NCBI RefSeq assembly: GCF_009914755.1
Contig: NC_060928.1
DNA from: the human T2T-CHM13v2.0 reference genome, Homo sapiens
Reading direction: 5' to 3' (one strand)
Length of the DNA stretch: 64,000 bases
Below are positions 1-15,214 of the stretch, one piece after another. Below the pieces are notes generated by a model. It was given only the letters and a program-made list of their open reading frames with translations. It made no database searches and was not told where the DNA came from. The position numbers and the translations under genes were made by a program. Positions within the stretch are counted from its first letter, which is position 1. Each line of letters opens with the position of its first letter.

Positions 1-700
1 AGGTCGCCGGGCGCGGGTCCTGCTGGGTGTCCCTCGCCGCGCGGCCGCGGCTCCTGCACGCCAGGGCAGCGCGTGCGTGGCGCCCGGGGTGCCGTTACGG
101 GGCCTCCGGGGCGGGGGCGACTCTCGGGACTCGGCGGCCCTCGCGGAGGCGCGCGCTGTGTCCCGCTCCTTTACGGAACTTGACGAAAAGTTTTCCTACT
201 CCGACGCGAGGCTCCCGGCCTGAGAAGAGGCGCCTCGGTGCGCCAGACCCCGACCCCGGAGCCCCCTTCCACCTCGGACCCTCAGTCCCCAGGCAGCGGA
301 CCCTCCTCCTTGGAGCCCCTGACCCCGCTTTCATCTCTGACCCCTCTACCCCTGGAGCCCCTGACCCGCGAAACCCCCTTTCATCTCGGAGCCCTGACCT
401 CCTTGGACCTCCACCCACGCGAACCGTCTGTCCCTGGGCTAGGGAATCTCTCTGCCTCCGCCTTGGAGCCTCCCATTACCGGGCCGCGAAGACCCTGGCC
501 CGGGGACTGTCTCGGGGCCGGGGTAGCTGCCTTGAGGAGTAAGTCCGGGGACTCCTGGTCTCCCTCCCGCCAGGAGTCTCTCTAGGCTGTGGGTTGCGGT
601 CCTGATGGGAACAGCTGGTCAGGAGGATAGGAGAATGACCCTGTGGACTCCAGAGCCAGCCTCTGCGAGCCCCGGGGTGACCGCGCCTGACCAGGCCACG
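1..700. promoter_or_regulatory. TBC1D14: 3' part of TBC1D14 promoter CpG island (start of intron 1)
   Basis: Very high GC and dense CpG (cgcgcggccgcgg etc.) fading by ~700. It lies 13 kb upstream of a coding exon with only 17 nt of UTR, so exon 1 is at or just before the window start. Confidence 0.85.
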
Positions 701-1895
701 TGAAGTCGTTTCTGTCCTAAAGTTGCATAGGACGCCGTTTTCTCTAGCGTGGAATTGGAAGCTTTGCTTGGGAAGGTTTTATAGGCACCGGTGCGTTTTG
801 CCCCTACTGGAGGTCCCTGGGCATCACCTTGGTTATTTCACGCACTGAGGCTAGATGAGGAGGGTAGTCGTGGTGGTGTCTTGGGGACAAAATGCTCACT
901 GTCTTGTCCCCAGTATTGTAGGATGTTGGCACCTAGTTGCTGTCTTGCCTAGCTTTTATAGCGGTGGGTTGCCTGTTGGAAACTGGTGGTTGCTTTGTCT
1001 GGACCGGGCTAGTCCTTACAGCAGTCTTAGAACACTTCCTGTTGCCCAGTTTATCTGGCCAGTACCAACCCATATCTCAGTTTGGGTATGGCTTCCCCCC
1101 TCCGACCAACCCTCTTACTGCTTCTTTGCTGTGTGTTTGACCCCTTGAGATTGTGGGCTCCGCAATCCTAATGAGATCCCCAGTCCTAATGAGAGCCTGG
1201 CATGAACTTGGTGCTCAGGGTCATTGGGCGAAAACACCTTTTGGGAAACATCAAGGGTGTCAGCTGGTACTAAGGGAGACAGAGTAACTGGCTGGGAGCC
1301 ACCCACATGGGGAGAGTCAGAGATGGGATTCAAACTGAGGCAGGCTACTGGGCCAGGCTCTGCTCACCTCGGTATCCTCCGCTGTTCCAGCACTTTGCAC
1401 CGAGCTGGGCCTGATTCCTGTTTGTGCAACTGAGTTTTCACCGTCTGCCCCCAGCCTACCCTCTCACATTCAGCTTGGGCTTTGCCTCTCCTGGCTTCTG
1501 CTGTTCCCCTGTGTTCCTTTAGCCCCTGCAGTTCCTCTGCATTGGGTCCGCTGTCTCCACCCCACTCCCCGTTTAGTGGGTGAATTCCTGTCTTTCATGC
1601 CTCCACCTTCCCTCCTCTACTCTGGGTTGATTGCTTAGCTGGTGCGCTATAGAAGGCCTCTCTCAAAGTGGGGACACAGCTAGTCAGAGCAGCTTGTTTG
1701 AATCTCTCTCTCCCGTTGGTCAGAGCTTCTAACCTTGAGTCCCAGCCTCAGCACAGGGGATGCCTGCCGTGCAGGTCGGGGGTTGCTTGGGGAGTCTTTG
1801 AGACCTTGGAAAAGATTTGTTGTCAGTATAAACATTAATACATAACGCAACAGGATTTTAGGAAAGTGAGTATGTGTTTGTTAACTTTAAAAAAA

Positions 1896-2008
1896 TTTTT
1901 TTTTAGAGATGGGGTCGTGGTATATTGTCCAGACTGGATCTGAACTCCTGGGCTCAAGCGATTCTCCCGAGTAGCTGCAGTTACAGGAACGCACCACCAT
2001 GGCCAGCT
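1896..2008 (-). mobile_element. Alu monomer (FLAM/FAM-like)
   Basis: T tail followed by agagatggggtc...gaactcctgggctcaagcgatt. Confidence 0.75.
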
Positions 2009-2045
2009 TAACATTTGTTTTAGGACCACGTATAAATAAAGTTTC

Positions 2046-2432
<387 letters not shown>

Positions 2433-2849
2433 CTAGTCACTTGGTTTTATAGATGGGGAAGTTGAGGCCCAGAGCTCCATCAGTATCACACGGCAGGTGT
2501 GAGGAGAGAGACTGGTGACAGGAAGAAGCTGTACATTGTGGCCTTGTAGACACAGACTGGCTGTGTCTGGCCTTGCTTATGCAACTGGTTGCTAAAATAG
2601 TGGGACTGAGTTGGCTGGCCCGATCCGTGTCCAGGAAAGAGTAACACCAGCCAACATTTTCCAGGGCTTTCCCTGTGCCAGGCACGATTTTAAGGGCTTT
2701 ATGTGGATTTCTTCCCCTAATCTTGTCAACTGCCTAACAAGATAGGGTCTCTTACTGTCTTCATTTTGCTGCAAGGAAACCAAGGCTCGGGGAAGTTAAG
2801 AAATGAGTCCAAGCTTACACAGCTGGTGAGCGAAGGAGCTGGGACTTGA

Positions 2850-3231
<382 letters not shown>

Positions 3232-3734
3232 TATTTTATTTTTAAAACTTCATTTGCAGCCTAACAAACATACATAGAAGTGTAAGAATGGTTAAGTGTT
3301 CAGCTTATCGATGATCAGGGTTATTGGGTGAATATACCTTTTGGGCAACATTAAGGGAGCTGAGAGGAAGGGGGATAAAGTTTAGGGACTGCATTCATAA
3401 GTACGCCAGCAGGCCATGTATGAGCTTTGATGTCAGATCTGGTTTGAACTCAGTTTCTGTTGCTGTGTGACCTTGGGTGCGTGACTTAGCCTCTCTGAAT
3501 CTCATAGTTTCCTCAGTGCCCTTGGCAGGCTTGTGATTATTAGAGCATGTGATGGCATCCCGCATGCTTGGTGCATGCTAAATGCTCAGTAAATTATTTC
3601 TCTTATGAATAATTAAGATTATAAACTATACCGGTTTTAAGTAGTCTAAATATCTTCCTAATGTATCATTTGCCTCCCAGTCACTTCACAGCTACTTAGG
3701 AAAATTAGTTAATTAGTAATTTACCAAATCACTA

Positions 3735-4089
<355 letters not shown>

Positions 4090-4696
4090 GTTCCACCTGT
4101 GCCTTTAATCATAACCAGTGGTCAGTATAAGTTAAGTGTCCGCTTCTTCGGGTTGTGAAGGAGCCTTTGAGGACCCTGAACAATAACCGCAGTTTCTGCC
4201 TGGTTTGCCGAAACATACATGGGCTGAAACTTACTTAAACAGCATTGTGTTAAGTTCCAGGTGTCTGAAAGTTGCCACTCACCCTCTGGAGGAATATGTG
4301 AGCTTCTAGGAAATTTTTTTCAGGACTATTTTTATCCTAAAGAATCACCCATTTAAAAGCCAAACTACTTTTATAATGGCCTTTTCCATTTTACATAATG
4401 CAGATCAATCCACTGTTTTAGGCTGTGTGTGTAGCAGTGGAAACAGTGAGTGCCTCGGCTACTCAGGCTAGCCCGGCACAGCTCTGTTACTACGCACCAC
4501 CCTTTAGACCGCAGTCTTCTTTCAGCTCTTTGGGTGGTTGTGGAGGTGACAGAACTAGTGCATATAGACATGGAATGCAGTGCCTGATGTGTCATCTGCG
4601 CTTGGGGAGCGGAGGCAGCTAGCTGGTCATGTTCGTGAGCCTGGAGCGTCCAGTCCTTTCTGCCTGAGCCAGGACTTGAATTAAAAAAGAGAAAGA

Positions 4697-5178
<482 letters not shown>

Positions 5179-5758
5179 TTAGTCTCCCCAGAATCCTCAC
5201 CAGGAAACATGGGGGACCCTGAGAGGCCTTGCGGAGAATGCTGTGGGTGCTGGGGACAGATGCCTCAGGTCAACCCCCTGCGACCGGGGTAGGGGGTGGG
5301 GGGTCACTGCACCTGCTCAGCCCAGTTTTGTTATTCCCATCTGGAAACGGTAGAACTCAGCATGCTGTTTACAGGGTGAGGTGAGCAGAGGTGCTTATGT
5401 CTGTGACATGCCTTTGTGAGCAGCAAAGCTTACTGAGGGGCCTTGGAGTCACAGACTTGAGTTCAAGCCCAGCTCCGCCACAGTGGAGACCTTGGGCAGG
5501 CTGCATGCCTCGGTTTCCTCCTCTGGGTAATGGGCATACTACCTGGCTCACAGGGCTGCTGAGGGGCTGTGAGGCAGAACGGTGTATTTAGAGTTCAGGA
5601 CGGTACCTGGTACTCATTAAATTGCCATCCTGCGGTGCTGCTGTGGTGGTGCTGTTAGGTGCTGCAGGCTGGTCTGCCCTCTGGAAATGTTGGCTCTGGG
5701 ATCTGTATACCCTCAGGCCATCGTGGAGTAGGAATGAGCTGTGTGGGCCTGACCCTTA

Positions 5759-6166
<408 letters not shown>

Positions 6167-9027
6167 TCAGATAGGACAGTGGTGCCCCCTTGCCACTGGG
6201 GTTTGAAGAGGCAGCTGTCCTGTGGAGCGTCCAGAGAGGAGCCGGGACAGGGAGTGCTTCGTGCTCCAGCCCTGCGAAGAGGCTTCCGGTGGATATCTAC
6301 ACAGACGGCAGCATGACTTCTCCCTGAAGCCACTAAGCGGATTTTTTTCCCCTGTGGGAACACACCTAGATCTCTTGGTTTGGCCTTGTAAACAGTTTCT
6401 TTTATGTATGAAGACTTTGGTTAAGACAGTTCCCACTGCTTTTTAAGGAGGAGAAAATCAAGCAGTTGCTTCTAGATGGAATTGTTTTCCAAAGCCCCAC
6501 GCAGAGTCACTAGCAGAGCCACCCTCCGCTTTCTGACTTGTATTGAAGTGAAGATTGTGGCTCTGGTGGCGTGACAGTTGATTGAATCCCTCGGGGGCAG
6601 CTGTCCTCTTTGCTTCCTGCAGAACTGAGTCTTGTGACAGGTAAATACAATTCAGATGGCCTTGTTGCATGGAATGGAAACAGTCTTCCTCTTATCCGTA
6701 CTTCACATCTTGTCTTTCTCTTGGCCGGAAGGTGATGACTCATCACCATTTGACTTGTGTTCAGTGCCTCCCGTGGCAGGGTGCTGGGTCAGGTGCTGGG
6801 GCGTTCCTCCTGTGCCTTGGGCACCTACGGATGCGTACTGCAGTGGTCACTGCTGCAGGGAGATGCTGTCACTAGGACGTTAGTGATTGGGACTTTGGAA
6901 AACACCTGTCAAGGCAGGAATTTTCACTTTCCTGACCATCATGTGTTGACAGCGTTCCTCACCATCTGGTCTAGCCCCTAACCAGTGTGTAGGCTGGTCA
7001 CTGCTCAGCTGCTGGTGTGCACTCTCCGGGAACTTGATGGTAGGGGATTTCTTCCTCGTAGTCTCACCTCCAGCTCTCACCGAGTTCTTGGAACATAATC
7101 CAGCTCTCAGCAGATGTTTCTTGGCTGGGACTGTCCCTGGAAGCTGCCCACTTAAGAACTCAGTTGTTGGTAGTAATTAATTCAGCGAGTAGATTTTTGA
7201 AACCTTAATCCATGCCAGGCATTTAACCAGAGAATAGTTCCCAGAAATGATGAGAGCTGTGTCTGCCTGCAGCATAGAATGCAGTGGGGAGAGAGACAGG
7301 AGAACAGTTGTAAAATAGCTGTTTCAGGTGGGGTGTAGCCAAAAGGAGCCCAGGAGGAAGGAGGCCTGGGAGCTTTCTGGGAGAGGCAGGGAAGGCTTTT
7401 CAGAGGAGGTGGCCTTTGAAAGCACCAATTGAGTGTCTCCTTGTGCCACACCCTACTGGGACTCTGAGGCCCCGATGGCCTACCTGGGAGAGCACCTCAG
7501 GTGGTGGTGCAGTAGGGCTGAGTGGGCTGGTGGTGGGGGCGGGTAATGGCTGGGGGTGACTGCACAAGGCTGGAGAGGCAGGCAGAGACGGATCAGGAGG
7601 GCCCTGTGTGTCGGCTTGGGGAATTCAGGCTTAGTTTGTCTTTTATAAACGTGGACTTGGAGGCAGGCCATCTGCAGTTGGTCGGTCTCCTGGCTGGCGT
7701 CCAGAGTCCACCCATTAGCTTTGTCTCAGAAGCACACACCTTGTTTGTACAACTTCCCCTATAAAGGGTATTATCACGCGGTAGGTGGCCTGGAGTGCGG
7801 CTTCTGCCCTAGTGGCACGAGGCGGAAGTGCTTGAGGACAGGTCGCCTTGGCCCTTGCAGAGTTTGGTTTTACAGTATGTTGCAAGCGGAAGTACTTTTT
7901 CCTTTTTAGGTTTATTTCCCTGAAAACTGACGCCCTGTTCTGAGGTTTAAGGAACTTAACTGGAATTGGGATCAACAAAGACCTCAAAGGTCACTCAACT
8001 TCTCCATAGGAGAGGCCACTGGGCTGCTGTCCCTGGCCCCCCACGGCAGAGGAGAGGAGTAGAAAAAGGTTTTCTTTCTCTACTTAAAGCCAGATGGCTT
8101 TGGGCTCTGCCAGACCTCACTTCCTTCTTCCTGTGCTTTCTTCTTGGCGGCAATTCAGGGAAGGGTCCTTGGATTGCCATGAATGAAATCCTATAGTTTC
8201 ACCAAAATGGTTTCCAATTCCAGGCGTGAGTGATGCCTTCTGTTTGCCCAGGCACTGATTTTCCTAGGAAGGATAGAGTTTTTTGTGTTCCTGTTTACTC
8301 TGTCATCAGCATTTGCGTTCTAACCCGCATCTCTTTTGTGGCTTACATTCGTGTTTTGCTGTACTAGGAAGTAAAGGGAAGCACACGTTCATTGGGCACC
8401 TGCTGTGTGTCAGTCAGGGGCTGGGTTTGCCAATGCCTTCAGCAGACCTTCTCATTTCTTTTGTCCTCAGACCAGCCTGTGAGCTATAGGGTATTGTCCC
8501 ATCTTACTGCCGAGGAAGAGGGAAGTTGAGGCTCAGAAGGGTTAAGCACCTCATTTGAGGTCGCCTTACTTGGCAAGTGGCAGAGCCAGAATTTCAGCTG
8601 GGCCTGCGAGAGGCCCTCAGCTCTGTTTAGCATAGGATTTCCTCTTACATGTGTGGCTTTTTGCTAGTTTGATCTGCTAGAGTGTTGATGATGTTTTGAT
8701 AATTCTAATGACCTTGACATTGTCAAAGATTAGCTCTTAACTGTGTGCTAAAAATGTTTCTTACTCTATTTTCCTTTTAATTAAAGTGTATGTAGAACTT
8801 CCAAATTTGTATATATTTGAATCATCCTGGATTATATCTTACTTTTGTGAATTCTCTTAGAATTCTGTTAGAAACTTGGATTCTTCCCAAGCAGGGGACA
8901 CACAGAGGGTCTGCAGTAGCCCCGCCTTGGAGGGCTCATGGCTCTGGGGAAGAGCAGCGAGGGCTGTGAAACACTGAAAACGTGTTCACGCGTAGGGAGG
9001 CGATGTCCGGATTCTTTCAGATCTTGA

Positions 9028-9386
<359 letters not shown>

Positions 9387-9537
9387 TAATTTCACTTTTG
9401 TATTAAATTCTACTTTTGTCTGTATTTTTGCCTTAGTGTAGTACAGTGTGGTTCTAATTTTTAAGAAAAATTGATTATCAATTACTATAACATTGTGATT
9501 AAATAATCCTCCTTTACTCACTGGGTCGTATTTCAAG

Positions 9538-10068
9538 TTTTTATTTTTTATATTTCTTTATATTTATTTATTTATTTTGAGATGGAGTCTCCCTCTGTCA
9601 CCCAGCCTGGAGTGCAGTGGTGCTATCTCGGCTCACCGCAACCTCCGCCTCCTGGGTTCAAGCGATTCTCCTGCCTCAGCCTCCTGAGTAGCTAGGATTA
9701 CAGGCGTGCGCCACCATGCCCAGCTAATTTTTGTATTTTTAGTAGAGAGGGGGTTTCACCATGTTGGTCAGGCTGGTCTCGAACTCCTGACTTCGTGATC
9801 TGCCCGCCTTGGCCTCCCAAAGTACTGGGATTACAGGCGTGAGCCACCGTGCCCGGCCTATTTATTTATTTTGAAATAGCGTCTCGCTGTGTTGCCCAGG
9901 CTGGAGTGCCGTGGCGCTGTCACAGCTTACTACTGTCTTGAACTCCTGGGCTCAAGAGATCTCCCTGCCTCAGCCTTCTCAGTAGCCGGGACTACAGGTG
10001 TGCACTACCATGCCTGGCTAATTTTTACTTTTGGTAGAGATGGGGGTCTCACTGTGTTGCCCAGGCTG
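9538..10068 (-). mobile_element. AluS (9538-9858) plus adjacent partial AluJ (9859-10068)
   Basis: Two antisense Alu consensus matches in tandem. Confidence 0.9.
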
Positions 10069-10227
10069 AATCAAATATTTATATATAGTTGAGTCTATTT
10101 CTGAATTCTGCATTTCATTTAATTCCTTCACATTTCTATTTTTGACTCAGCGCTGCACTCTTACTGGCTCCTTCAATCTCTGGGAAGGAGGGAGATTAGT
10201 CCCCTCCCTTTCTCTCCTTTGTTTTTC

Positions 10228-10378
10228 TGGAGACAGGATTGTGCCCTGTTGCCCAGGCTGGAGTGCAGTGGTGATCATAGCTCATTGCTATGAGTCCTTG
10301 AACTCCTGGGCTCAAGTGGTCCTCCTGCCCCAGCCTCTTGAGTAACTGGGACTACAGGCATGAGCCACTGCACCTGGC
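10228..10378 (-). mobile_element. Alu monomer (FRAM/AluJ fragment)
   Basis: gcccaggctggagtgcagtggtgatcatagctca... Confidence 0.8.
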
Positions 10379-10658
10379 TCCCCTTTTTCTGCTTTTAATG
10401 AATTTGCTTTTGCTGTGTTGACAGTGAGGCAGGCCAGGCTTCCTAAAGTAGGAGCATGCAGGCTCCTTACAAAAGCTGACGCCCAAGCAGGAGTGGTTAT
10501 CATTCTTTCTTCTGTGCTTGAAAACCTTCAGCTCCTCTCTGTTTGATGATAGCAGCTACCAACAAAGTGCCTGTTGGGGGTCAGGTGCCTATTAAATGCT
10601 TTTCTTGTGGTACTTGATTTAATTCTCCCAAGGCAATATAGAGCCCAGGAGCGTGTGA

Positions 10659-11023
<365 letters not shown>

Positions 11024-11140
11024 TAAAGAAAAATAAAAGATAGCAGTTGATGCCAGTGTTCTCAGTGTGCTGGGGCTGTGCTCTCCGGGCTGGTGTGCCA
11101 CATACCCTCCCTTCCTCATTTGTCTTAGGCCAGAGAACTT

Positions 11141-12210
<1,070 letters not shown>

Positions 12211-12858
12211 CACTGACGGTTTTGACTCTACTCACTCAAACCTCGGAGGTTGTGGTCTTTACTCTTCCTTTATTGATTATCTTCACTGAGCTGGCCTTCT
12301 GACCTGGGTTTGTGTAATCCTAAACCAAGCCTTTCTAACCTACGTGTGGTCTCCTTTGGGGTCCCGTAGATCCCAGCTCTGCTGTTAAACAGCAGTGTGA
12401 TCTTAGACCCGTTTCTTAGTCTTGCCGAGCCTTGGTTTCTTCCGTGGTAAAGGGGATACTACACCCAGCCTCGTAGATGTGAGTAAGCGTGACTGAAACA
12501 TTTGTGGAGAGGCCTGGCTGCTGCAGATGGCATACATAATTTATTTTGTTGTTGTTTTCCGTCTTAATGAAGATATCTTAGGATTTTAATGCTGTCTCAG
12601 AACAAGTAGATCCTTGACTTATGTATGGGTTATGGATTCACATACTTTTGACAGATTATCATTTCACCACTCCCCCAAAAGAAAAAACCCAACCGCCGCC
12701 CCCCAAGCCCAGTCCTCACGCTCCTGGTGCTGCCCTGGGGATGGAGATGTGACTGGTAGGGAGCGTGATGATTATTTTTACTTCGGGTGCATCCTTTGTT
12801 TGGGTTATCTTCCTGCTATGTTATATCATGACAGTGTATGTTAAAACTCTAGCTTCTG

Positions 12859-13153
12859 GGCCAGGCGTGGTGGCTCATGCCCAAAATCCCAGCATTTTGG
12901 GAGGCCGAGGTGGGTGGATTGCTTGAGGTCAGGAGTTTGAGACCAGCCTGGCCAACATAGGGAAACGCTGTCTCTACTAAAAATACAAAAATTAGCTGGG
13001 CGTGGAAGCGCATGCCTGTAATCCCAGCTACCTGGGAGGCTGAGGCACAAGAATCGCTTGAACCCAGGAGGCAGAGGTTTGCAGTAAGCCCAGATGGCGC
13101 CACTGCCCTCCAGCCTGGGCGACAGAGCGAGAGTCTGTGTCAAAAAACAAAAA
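12859..13153 (+). mobile_element. AluS
   Basis: Sense Alu 160 bp upstream of exon 2, TSD tctagcttctgg. Confidence 0.93.
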
Positions 13154-13312
13154 CCACTTCTAGCTTCTGGACTTGAATGAAAACTTGGGTATGTGGAACC
13201 TTTTCAAGGCTTTCTCCCTTAAGTGAGATCAGACCATTTCAGCTGTGTGTCAGAGGTGTGGCATCTTTGAATTTTATATCCACTTTAATTTCCATGTTTG
13301 TGTTTTTTCTAG

Positions 13313-13329
13313 TTTCTCCTTGGACCAAG
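13313..13329 (+). other. TBC1D14: 5'UTR part of TBC1D14 exon 2
   Basis: Acceptor tgtgttttttctag ends at 13312, followed by 17 nt to ccaagATG. Confidence 0.9.
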
Positions 13330-14051
13330 ATGACTGATGGAAAACTCTCCACCTCTACAAATGGCGTAGCCTTCATGGGTATTCTGGATGGTCGACCAGG
13401 AAACCCCCTTCAGAACCTGCAACACGTCAATCTCAAGGCGCCCCGACTCCTCTCCGCGCCTGAGTACGGGCCCAAGCTGAAACTCAGGGCTTTAGAAGAC
13501 CGGCACAGCCTCCAGTCCGTGGACTCGGGGATTCCTACCCTGGAGATCGGGAACCCGGAGCCTGTACCCTGCAGCGCGGTCCACGTGAGGAGGAAGCAGT
13601 CCGACTCCGACCTCATCCCCGAGCGGGCCTTCCAGAGCGCCTGCGCGCTGCCATCCTGTGCGCCACCAGCTCCTAGCAGCACCGAGCGGGAACAGAGCGT
13701 GCGCAAATCCTCCACGTTTCCCAGGACAGGCTATGACTCGGTAAAGCTCTATAGCCCGACCTCCAAAGCCCTGACCCGCAGCGATGATGTCTCCGTCTGC
13801 AGCGTGTCCAGTCTTGGGACAGAGCTGTCCACCACGCTGTCCGTCAGCAATGAGGACATCTTGGACCTTGTGGTCACGAGCAGCTCCAGTGCCATTGTGA
13901 CCCTGGAGAATGACGATGACCCACAGTTTACCAACGTCACCTTGAGCTCTATCAAGGAAACCCGTGGCTTACACCAGCAGGACTGTGTTCATGAAGCTGA
14001 GGAGGGGAGTAAATTGAAAATATTGGGGCCATTTAGTAACTTCTTTGCAAG
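13330..14051 (+). CDS. TBC1D14: TBC1 domain family member 14, first coding exon (aa 1-241; Ser-rich, probably disordered N-terminus)
   Basis: Translation MTDGKLSTSTNGVAFMGILDGRPGNP...LGPFSNFFAR recognised as the TBC1D14 N-terminus. Kozak A at -3; donor AG|GTAATG after 14051 (phase 2); CpG-rich coding composition. Confidence 0.96.
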
Positions 14052-14936
14052 GTAATGCCATCTTTGCCCTCTAGAAGATCGTGGTGGTTGAGTCCAGACC
14101 AGTCTCCTTGTTCCTGTCTCAAATGTGTTGTGTGTTCTCTGTGGTGTTAGGCAGGCACTGTCTCACACAGATAATTGGGTCTTTTCCCAGAAGCCCGGGG
14201 TGGGATTGTGAGAACTGGTCTGTTGGGGATTCTGTTCTTTGGCTCATTTGCAGTCTGTTGTCACATCTCTGCCTCTGACCTGCTGTGGCTGTCCCACAGG
14301 TGGCCAGTGTTACCAAATCAGCAGCCTGAGCCTCTGCGGGGCCCTGTGCACTCATAACTTAACGTTTCTTGGGCCAAGCAGAGGGCACTGGTGAGGGTGA
14401 CGCCAGTGAGTAACTCTCATTTCTACTGCCAGCCCCTGCTGGCATAGTGCAGTGCTGGCATGCCGGGTGTTCCAGCCGTGTCCCCGTGCCCCTGGATGGC
14501 TGTGCTCTCGTGTGCCTGTCCTGGCCCTGCCTCTGCTGTGGAGGTGTGTGCTCTGCTGCACTGCAGCCCCGTGCATTCCCAACGTGCTGGGCCTGGCCAT
14601 GCACTCCGTCCCCATGGGGCCTTGTCACCTGAGTGCTGGAGTTCCTGTGTCTCCCTGAAGCCCTGGGGGGGCCGCGCCTTCAGCTTCTGCCTCTCGTTTG
14701 TGCTCTCATGCTTTTGTTCAACAAGTGCCTATTTCCTAGGCCCTGTTCTAGGCTGGTCATGTGGGGTAATACGGTGAGAGAAACGATGTTGGGTCATGAC
14801 TTAGGGTGGACTTGTGGCCTGGGGGTGGTGGGAGTGGACACCTTCGTCACACAAGCAAATGTGAACTCCCGAACGGTGGCGTGCTGGGAGGAAGGGCACA
14901 GGGGCTGTGGAGAGTACGTGTAGAATTGAGATCTGT

Positions 14937-15214
14937 GGCTGGGTGCAGTGGGTCACTCCTGTAATCTCAACACTTTGGGAGGCTGAGGTGGGTGGAGCAC
15001 CTGAGGTCCGGAGTTCGAGACCAGTCTGGCCAACATGGCAAAACCCCGTCTCTACTAAAAATACAAAAATTAGCCAGGTATGGTGGTGCACGCCTGTATT
15101 CCCAGCTACTTGGGAGGAGGAGGCAGAGGTTGCGGTGAGCCGAGATCGCGCCACCGCACTCCAGCCTGGGCGACAGAATGAGACTCCATCTCAAAAAAAC
15201 AAACAAACAAAAAA
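14937..15214 (+). mobile_element. AluS with internal right-arm deletion
   Basis: Alu consensus; TSD-like agaatYgWgatctg. Confidence 0.92.

Noticed and set aside
27-585. ORFs of 107-171 aa in the first 600 bp
   Set aside because: Stop-poor GC-rich CpG island, non-ATG starts, low-complexity Pro/Arg/Gly peptides, no recognisable family.
7801-7818. CTCF-like ctgccctagtgg
   Set aside because: Spacing is short of the core consensus; not supportable from sequence alone.
13177-13329. 51-aa N-terminal extension of the TBC1D14 ORF in the ORF track
   Set aside because: It runs through the polypyrimidine tract and acceptor, so it is intronic and 5'UTR sequence. The real start is 13330.
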